Positions 58,222 to 64,000 of a stretch of DNA of 64,000 nt are shown here, piece after piece. The DNA lies in NCBI GenBank assembly GCA_050246755.1, contig JBFWVL010000001.1, positions 256,001-320,000 on the forward strand, given 5' to 3'. The DNA comes from Bacteriovoracia bacterium (GTDB lineage: Bacteria; Bdellovibrionota; UBA1018; CAIPTA01). How positions within the stretch are numbered: the first letter of the stretch is position 1; each line of letters opens with the position of its first letter. The position numbers and the translations under genes were made by a program. The notes below the pieces were generated by a model, which saw only the letters and a list, made by a program, of their open reading frames with translations, was not told the origin of the DNA and ran no database searches.

Positions 58222-59394
58222 CTAAAGCCGGGAAAACGCGTCTTGGCAGCCAATCGAAGTCCGCTCCCTGACCCAGGGAGAAATTTGCAGAAGGTCTTCG
58301 TACTCCTTCGGCAGGGCAATATTCTTTTTGCCCTTTCCGCGCTCACGGAAAAATTTCGGTAACGGCTCGGACCTCACGTCATCCGGCAATAAATTTTCAT
58401 AGTCCTTAAACTTTAGGCCCGACTCTTCCACGTACACCAAGTAACGCGCCTTGAGCTCATCCAAAAAAAACTCGTCGCGGGCCCCCTTGAGATAAACAAT
58501 GCGCCCCTTCTGCGTGCGCAAAAAATTAATTCTCGCCTTCACGAGCCGCCCCAGCTGCAATAAATTTTCCGCGGAATCCTGGGCCCAAATCGAGCGAAGC
58601 TCGAAACGTGCGGCTTCAGGATTCTCGAAACCTTTCAGCCCCATCGCCTGATTGTGGTAGTTAAGCCATCCAGGCTCAAGCGTATGTGTATACACTTTTT
58701 TATTAATTTCCTTCGCGATGTCCTCTACCGTTTTGAGCTTTCCGGAATAGAAATCTTCAACCACCTGCTGTAGAGCATCCCGCTGCTCCGGCCTCAAGAG
58801 CGCGAGCGGGGGGCCATTGGAAGTATCATGCCCTAGGCTTCCGAGTGCCAGATCGTAGTGATTCGCGTAGTCCACGAAGTAGCGCAAAAAAAGCTCGGCA
58901 TCATCGCCGAAAGCAGATTTGAGGCCCACATTGAAATGCGCGCTATCCAATTTATCGGCGCCGATTCCTACGGCCTTCCCCACCGCAAAGATATCTTTAT
59001 CGATGCGTTCCCGCACCGCCTCTAGATCCGCAAGGGTGGACGGTTTGAAGAGAATTTCTACGCAACCGGGATCAAAGCTCACTTGGAACCACCAGCCGTC
59101 GGGATAGGTGACGCGAAACTCCTGAATCTGCTTTCCGGCTACTTCCTTGATGGCACACTTTGAAAGCACGCACCGCTTGCGCAGCTCTTCCACGAATTTC
59201 AGCTGAGATTTCTTTTCGGGGATTTCGCTGGTATTTCCTTTGCCCGAAAAGCCCGAGCTCTGCATGGCCTCGTTAGTTAGCTCAATCTCGCCACCAATCG
59301 TGGGATCGAACTTTTCTGCGGCGAAAGAGAAAATAGACGCCGGCAAGGCCAGCGCCGAAAAAAATAAAACCGCCTTTAGCCTAAATCCCCTCAC
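58222..59394 (-). CDS. Exported protein with carboxylate-amine ligase (amidoligase)-like motifs
   Basis: GTG start 6 nt after TACAAT; signal peptide; TIGGEIEL; DPGCVEI; AHFNVG; RFELR. Confidence 0.5.
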   Translation of the reverse strand: MRGFRLKAVLFFSALALPASIFSFAAEKFDPTIGGEIELTNEAMQSSGFSGKGNTSEIPEKKSQLKFVEELRKRCVLSKCAIKEVAGKQIQEFRVTYPDGWWFQVSFDPGCVEILFKPSTLADLEAVRERIDKDIFAVGKAVGIGADKLDSAHFNVGLKSAFGDDAELFLRYFVDYANHYDLALGSLGHDTSNGPPLALLRPEQRDALQQVVEDFYSGKLKTVEDIAKEINKKVYTHTLEPGWLNYHNQAMGLKGFENPEAARFELRSIWAQDSAENLLQLGRLVKARINFLRTQKGRIVYLKGARDEFFLDELKARYLVYVEESGLKFKDYENLLPDDVRSEPLPKFFRERGKGKKNIALPKEYEDLLQISPWVRERTSIGCQDAFSRL

Positions 59395-59426
59395 CCCAAA
59401 ATTGTAAACCGCCGCGCGGTCCCCAC

Positions 59427-59458
59427 AAAAGAAAAAGCCCGGCATTTTCATGCCAGGC
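59427..59458 (-). terminator. Rho-independent terminator
   Basis: GCCTGGCA-loop-TGCCGGGC hairpin followed by TTTTTCTTTT, just downstream of the 59482 stop. Confidence 0.75.
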
Positions 59459-59481
59459 CCTCATTCCTGAATACCGGAGAT

Positions 59482-59925
59482 TTACTTTCTCTTCGCGGTC
59501 TTCTTCGTGGTCGTTTTTTTCTTGGTTCCGCCCGAAGCCTTGCGGGGAGCCGCTTTCTTCGTGGTGGCTTTGCGGATCGCGGTGCGGAGGGTTTCGGCGT
59601 TGATCTTGCCTTCGCGGGCCTTCTTCACCAATTCGTTACCGAGCTTCTCGAGCTCTTTGCGCTGCGCTTGCACGTACGTGCGAACGGCTTTTACTTCGCG
59701 GGGCAGATCGGCGGCAATTTTTTCCACTTGCTTGCGGCGCTGCTGAACGAAGGCGAGAACTTTTTTGGTATCTTTGGAAGACTTCACGCGCTGGCTGAAT
59801 TTCTTCGCTTGGCCATCGGCAAAACGTTTCACTTCATTGTAGAGAGCACCCGATTCAATCTTGTTCTTCAGATTAGCTTCAAGTTTTCCCAATTTTTTTA
59901 CTACGGACTTCACATCTAATTTCAT
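59482..59925 (-). CDS. Basic helical protein with a histone H1-like Lys/Ala/Thr tail
   Basis: AGGAG RBS before ATG 59925; very Lys-rich; tail KATTKKAAPRKASGGTKKKTTTKKTAKRK; has its own terminator. Confidence 0.65.
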   Translation of the reverse strand: MKLDVKSVVKKLGKLEANLKNKIESGALYNEVKRFADGQAKKFSQRVKSSKDTKKVLAFVQQRRKQVEKIAADLPREVKAVRTYVQAQRKELEKLGNELVKKAREGKINAETLRTAIRKATTKKAAPRKASGGTKKKTTTKKTAKRK

Positions 59926-60112
59926 TACCTGCTCCTTCATTAAGATCACGCCTCCACAGGGTCAATTAACACGCCACATTATACGCCTCAAGAAAAAACC
60001 GAGCGTTTTTCGCGGACTAACTTTTTTTCTCCACACCGACCAGCGTAAGTTAGCTATATCTAACGCATTTACCCTACTTTACAATCCCCAGCACCCTTGC
60101 CAGTATTTACCC

Positions 60113-60982
60113 ATGAGAAATATTCAGCTGTTCCCTAAGCTGGGCCGCGTGCGCATTTACCAGTTACGCTGCGCCCTCCTCCTCTCTTTTGTGCCAGTGG
60201 TTTGCACCGCCGCACTCATGGGACTGCTCTCTTTCTTCGCGCAGATGAACCTGTATTTTTTGGAAAATGGCGGACTCATCGTGAGCGAGGTGATTCGCAA
60301 TGCCTACCAAGTACAAGTGCAAATGGCGCTCGCCGACGTCGCCTGGTACCTCGTGGCCCTCTTCGGACTCACCTTCCTCATTTCTTTTTTGCTGATGGGC
60401 TGGGCCGTTTCCCCCTTCGTAAACGCGGAAAAATTATTGCGCCAAAAACTAAAGAACAAAGAGCTGGACGCAAAGAAAAACGACTGGCTTTCCGAGAGCC
60501 CCGACTTCCACAGGGTAATCTGGGGGCTCGCGCACCAACTGAAGGAAAAGAATTTTGCTTTCGATAAAATCAAAAAACCGCGCTACCGCTTCAACTACCG
60601 TTTCTACCTAAAATTCGTTTTGAGTTTTTACCTCGTAAGCCTCGCCACCAGCCATATCGTGGGGATCGCGCTCAATACCGTTTACGTGAAGGTGGTCAGC
60701 CTCGCGATCAGCCTCACCCGCATGAATCAAAAAGGGCACTACTATATTTCGCAGGACGACCTCATGCACCTTGGGGCGAATTGGATGTTCGGGCTTTCCT
60801 GCGTGATCTACGCGATCATCGGCTATTATATCACCCGCTATATGTCGAATATGCTCTTCGTGTTCAACCGCGCGGTAGCGGAACGCCACTTTCCGCTCAA
60901 GCTCCGCGATTCCGATATTTATCACGATCTCGCCGAGGCTATCAGTGAAGTGGCCGAAGAAGGCGGACTTTCGCGCCGCTAA
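60113..60982 (+). CDS. Hypothetical 4-TM membrane protein with a degenerate HAMP-like C-terminus
   Basis: Two TM-loop-TM modules; LKLRDSDIYHDLAEAI resembles a HAMP linker/helix 2. Confidence 0.6.
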   Translation: MRNIQLFPKLGRVRIYQLRCALLLSFVPVVCTAALMGLLSFFAQMNLYFLENGGLIVSEVIRNAYQVQVQMALADVAWYLVALFGLTFLISFLLMGWAVSPFVNAEKLLRQKLKNKELDAKKNDWLSESPDFHRVIWGLAHQLKEKNFAFDKIKKPRYRFNYRFYLKFVLSFYLVSLATSHIVGIALNTVYVKVVSLAISLTRMNQKGHYYISQDDLMHLGANWMFGLSCVIYAIIGYYITRYMSNMLFVFNRAVAERHFPLKLRDSDIYHDLAEAISEVAEEGGLSRR

Positions 60983-62658
60983 AAATGACAGGACAAAGGG
61001 TACGGACGCCCGGGTCCAAAGGCCCGGCCGGATACGCGCAGGATCACCGGGGCCTGTCGGCGCTTGTGCTCGTTGAGACGCACGGACTTTTTAATCCGTT
61101 CGAGCAAGGCTAGATCGGCTTTAGGAAAGTTTTTTCGTAATTCGGGCAGCGCCTCGGCCGGATCCAACTCCTCTTCCACTAGAATCTTCAGCGCTGCATC
61201 CAGGAGATCATAGGGAGGCAGGCTGTCCTGATCCGTTTGGTTCGGGCGCAGCTCGGCGGAAGGCGCTTTGGTAAAAGTATTCTCCGGAATCCACTGGCGG
61301 CCTTCGTTGAGGTAGCGAGCCAGCTCATATACTTCGGTCTTATAGAGATCGCCGATCGGCGCGATCGCTCCGCACATATCGCCGTAGAGCGTGGAGTACC
61401 CCATCGCGAATTCGCTCTTATTGCCGGTGGCAAGGGCGAGTGCCTGAAATTTATTGGCGAAGGCCATTACCGCCACGCCGCGGAGCCGCGACTGGAGGTT
61501 TTCTTCGGTGGTATCGTCGGCCATGCCCGAAAAAAAAGGCCTGAGCGCCATCGACATCGTGGAATGCGGCATCTTGATGGGAAAATGGTGGAGCTTGATA
61601 CCAGCCGCATGCGCCAGCGCCTCCGCGTCTTCGATACTGTGCACGGAAGAAAACTTACTCGGCATCGCGAGCGCGATCACGTTCGCCGCTCCCACGGCCT
61701 CGCAGGCCAGAGCCGCCACGAGGGCGGAATCGATGCCGCCGGAAAGGCCGAGCACCACGCGCTGAAAACCGTTCTTGCTTAAATAATCGCGGATCCCTAG
61801 CACCAGCATATTGCGCAGAGTTTCGAGCTCAAGATTGGCAGGCCGGGTGCCGGAGGGTTTCTTCCCATCGTCCCGCAGCCAGAGCAATTCGGCGTCGGCG
61901 CTTTGTTTTTCGGCGAGGAGCGCGCCGTCCGGTCCGAACTGAAAGGCATCGCCGTCGAAAATAATTTCGTCCTGCGCACCGAACAGATTCACGTAGGCGA
62001 TGGGCAAAGAGAATTCTTTGGCCTCTTTAGCGATGGTCTCGCGCCGGCGGTTTTTCTTCGTGCGCTCGTAGGGCGAGGCGGAGATATTGACGAGAAAATC
62101 GCAGCCCTGTTCTTTTAGGTAGCGAGTGGGATTACCACGGTAGAGATTACGCCCGCGGATGGTCATTTCATCCCAGGAATCCTCGCAGATCAAAAGCCCC
62201 AGCTTTTTTCCGCCGAACTCGATGGGCGCGCGGAAAGACTCCGGTAGATTTTCGGCCGAATCGAAATAGCGGTTCTCGGTGAATACGTCGTAGTAAGGCA
62301 GCAGGGTTTTTGCGCGCACTTCCCGGGTTTCACCCTGAAGAAAAACCGCGCAGTTGGCAAGGCCTTTGGGATTGGAGCCGGTGGCATCCACGCCGAGTGA
62401 GGTGCCCACGATCACCGCGAGCTTGGGATATTCTTTTTTCAGCCAAGAATGGAATTCGGAAAGCTGTTTCTCGCATTTAGCGGCCCAGGAAGGACGCACG
62501 AGGAGATCGCGGGGAAAATATCCCACGAGCGAGAGCTCAGGAAAAACTACGAGATCAGCGCCTTCGGTAGCGGCGGCTTTTATGCGGGCGCGGTGGATTT
62601 CGAGGTTATGCTCGAAATCCCCCACTTTCCCGTTGATCGGTTGGAGGGCCAGCTTCAT
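60979..62658 (-). CDS. nadE: Glutamine-dependent NAD+ synthetase
   Basis: Nitrilase domain (VFPEL, K..LP.Y.VF.E.RYF, ICED.W); LGLSGGIDS; ENLQSR; TGNKSE..GYSTLYGD; PSAELRPNQ.DQD. Confidence 0.95.
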   Translation of the reverse strand: MKLALQPINGKVGDFEHNLEIHRARIKAAATEGADLVVFPELSLVGYFPRDLLVRPSWAAKCEKQLSEFHSWLKKEYPKLAVIVGTSLGVDATGSNPKGLANCAVFLQGETREVRAKTLLPYYDVFTENRYFDSAENLPESFRAPIEFGGKKLGLLICEDSWDEMTIRGRNLYRGNPTRYLKEQGCDFLVNISASPYERTKKNRRRETIAKEAKEFSLPIAYVNLFGAQDEIIFDGDAFQFGPDGALLAEKQSADAELLWLRDDGKKPSGTRPANLELETLRNMLVLGIRDYLSKNGFQRVVLGLSGGIDSALVAALACEAVGAANVIALAMPSKFSSVHSIEDAEALAHAAGIKLHHFPIKMPHSTMSMALRPFFSGMADDTTEENLQSRLRGVAVMAFANKFQALALATGNKSEFAMGYSTLYGDMCGAIAPIGDLYKTEVYELARYLNEGRQWIPENTFTKAPSAELRPNQTDQDSLPPYDLLDAALKILVEEELDPAEALPELRKNFPKADLALLERIKKSVRLNEHKRRQAPVILRVSGRAFGPGRPYPLSCHF

Positions 62659-62673
62659 AGCGGCTCCTGGCGA

Positions 62674-63102
62674 TTACTCGCGGTGGCAAACTTCGTTTTT
62701 GTCGAAGAAGTAAGCGAGCTCGCGCTGAGCGGATGCGGCCGAATCGCTGCCGTGAACGGCGTTGGCTTCGATCGAATCGGCGAAGTCTTTGCGGAGCGTG
62801 CCGGGAGCGGCCTTGCCCGGATCGGTAGCGCCCATGATCTCGCGGTTGCGGAGAACGGCGTTCTCGCCTTTAAGGGCCATCAACAGAATCGGGCCGCTCG
62901 TCATGAAACGAATGAGGCTTTCGAAAAAGGGACGGTCTTTGTGTTCAATATAAAAGCCTTCGGCTTTTTCGCGGGGAAGCTTCGTCATCTTCGCGGCCAC
63001 AACTTCGAGACCAGAGTCTTCGAAACGGGTGATGATTTTGCCGATCACGTTCTTCTTAACGGCATTGGGCTTCACGATAGAAAAAGTTGTCTCAACGGGC
63101 AT
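62674..63102 (-). CDS. ndk: Nucleoside diphosphate kinase
   Basis: [10 protein letters not shown]; FY.EH..RPFF; MGATDP..A.PGTLR; NAVHGSDS. Confidence 0.97.
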   Translation of the reverse strand: MPVETTFSIVKPNAVKKNVIGKIITRFEDSGLEVVAAKMTKLPREKAEGFYIEHKDRPFFESLIRFMTSGPILLMALKGENAVLRNREIMGATDPGKAAPGTLRKDFADSIEANAVHGSDSAASAQRELAYFFDKNEVCHRE

Positions 63103-63244
63103 GAAATTCTCCTTATGATTCAGAAACCTGGGAACTAAACGTTAGGCCTGAGGTGGGCTTAGTTATGGCAAAAGCTCCTGGGAATGACAAGCCCTTTGGC
63201 TATCTTGAAGAAACCCTAAATTGTCGCAGAGCAAGAAGAGCCGC

Positions 63245-63751
63245 TTATATTTTTTTGCTCAAATACAAAACTAAATCATCCCCGGCCTGCACCATCTCCC
63301 CATACTGAGCGGGCCTATTTCCCGAATACAGCCCGCGCCCATCGGGCATATAGCCCAAACGATGGTACAAACGCTGCGCACTTCCGTAGTCGGCGAGTAA
63401 ACCTACTCCGAGACCAATTTCTTCGTGCCCGCGCGCACGCGCCAACGCCTCGCACTCTTGCATTAAACTTTTTCCAAGCCCGCGTTGGCGAAATGCCGGC
63501 ATCACGTGGAGGTCCACGATCTCCGGGATATTTAAATGTTGGAAGCTCGGGTAACGGGAATCCCACACCACGGTCACGTAACCGGCGAAAGTTCCATTCT
63601 CGCGACCCACAAAAACGGAACGGTAGCCCGCGGACTGCTCGCGCAAATAAGTTTCGTACTGCAGGCGCGGCTTATCCCAGCCTAATGCGCGAAAAGAATC
63701 GGCGATCTCGCTGAGATCCGCTTCGCGTAGAGAATGGAAAGTTATGGCCAT
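63245..63751 (-). CDS. GNAT family N-acetyltransferase
   Basis: PEIVDLHV.P.FRQRGLG; IGLGVGL..DYG.AQRLY..LGY.PDG. Confidence 0.88.
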   Translation of the reverse strand: MAITFHSLREADLSEIADSFRALGWDKPRLQYETYLREQSAGYRSVFVGRENGTFAGYVTVVWDSRYPSFQHLNIPEIVDLHVMPAFRQRGLGKSLMQECEALARARGHEEIGLGVGLLADYGSAQRLYHRLGYMPDGRGLYSGNRPAQYGEMVQAGDDLVLYLSKKI

Positions 63752-63757
63752 GATTTC

Positions 63758-63862
63758 CTAGCGTTGGTGGAGCGTGGTGCGCACTTGGCGCCAGTAGAGG
63801 CGGCGCCCCCACTGCGCCCAGTAAAGGTGAATGGCGATGAAGATCCAGAGGTATTCGAACAT
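63758..63862 (-). CDS. Possible 34-aa small protein MFEYLWIFIAIHLYWAQWGRRLYWRQVRTTLHQR
   Basis: ATG 63862 to TAG 63758; hydrophobic N-half, basic C-half; stop overlaps the AGGA RBS of the GNAT gene. Confidence 0.35.
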   Translation of the reverse strand: MFEYLWIFIAIHLYWAQWGRRLYWRQVRTTLHQR

Positions 63863-63863
63863 G

Positions 63864-63903
63864 AAAAAGCCACCCTTCTACCGCAAAGTAGAATCAGGTG
63901 GCT
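63864..63903 (-). terminator. Hairpin + U-tract (terminator or attenuator)
   Basis: AGCCACC..TTCTAC-loop-GTAGAA..GGTGGCT followed by TTTT on the minus strand, downstream of the partial ORF. Confidence 0.5.
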
Positions 63904-63928
63904 GCTTTCCACAAGCAAAATTTCAACG

Positions 63929-64000
63929 CTACTTAAACGCGTAGCCGCAGGCGTAGATCGAGGTGAGGCACGTGCACTCTTGGCCGGCCGGAGGCGTCGA
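63929..64000 (-). CDS. C-terminal end of a gene entering from the right edge (…STPPAGQECTCLTSIYACGYAFK*)
   Basis: Open frame with host-like codon usage ending in TAG at 63929; too short to assign. Confidence 0.45.
   Translation of the reverse strand, partial: STPPAGQECTCLTSIYACGYAFK

Noticed and set aside
1-64000. CRISPR arrays, tRNAs, IS elements, defence systems
   Set aside because: No regularly spaced direct repeats, cloverleaf sequences, transposase motifs or recognisable defence genes were seen by eye; a covariance-model scan was not possible.

Overview
GC-rich bacterial chromosomal segment, densely coding. No tRNA, rRNA gene body, CRISPR array or IS element was recognised. Gene content (AglRQS-like motor with a vWA lipoprotein, many secreted hydrolases, Lys-rich proteins) suggests a Bdellovibrionota/Oligoflexia-like organism; this is an inference. 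From left to right: (1) a probable rRNA-operon promoter and boxA leader reading off the left edge; (2) a thermolysin/fungalysin-like lipoprotein metallopeptidase whose FTP+PepSY propeptide is a separate downstream gene, divergent from a vWA lipoprotein-TolQ-TolR-TolR-large TPR operon resembling the gliding apparatus; (3) cpoB-like, tsaP-like and dprA genes; (4) leucine catabolism genes (liuB/C, split liuD, liuE) converging on an isobutyryl-CoA-mutase-type B12 enzyme with butyryl-CoA oxidation genes; (5) xerC, trmFO, eno, ftsB; (6) rmlBAC and two paralogous wzx/wzy-like/GT modules; (7) envelope and lipid genes, comF, pfkA, rlmH, mltD, a tandem pilin-like gene, an exported amidoligase-like protein, nadE, ndk and a GNAT. 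Most notable observations: the split protease beside the adhesin/motor operon; sigma54-type promoters shared by dprA, comF and two unknown genes; a recurrent R-x-[LPV]-A-S motif in exported proteins; and ICM-type active-site residues. All calls come from motif recognition by eye; no database searches were run.
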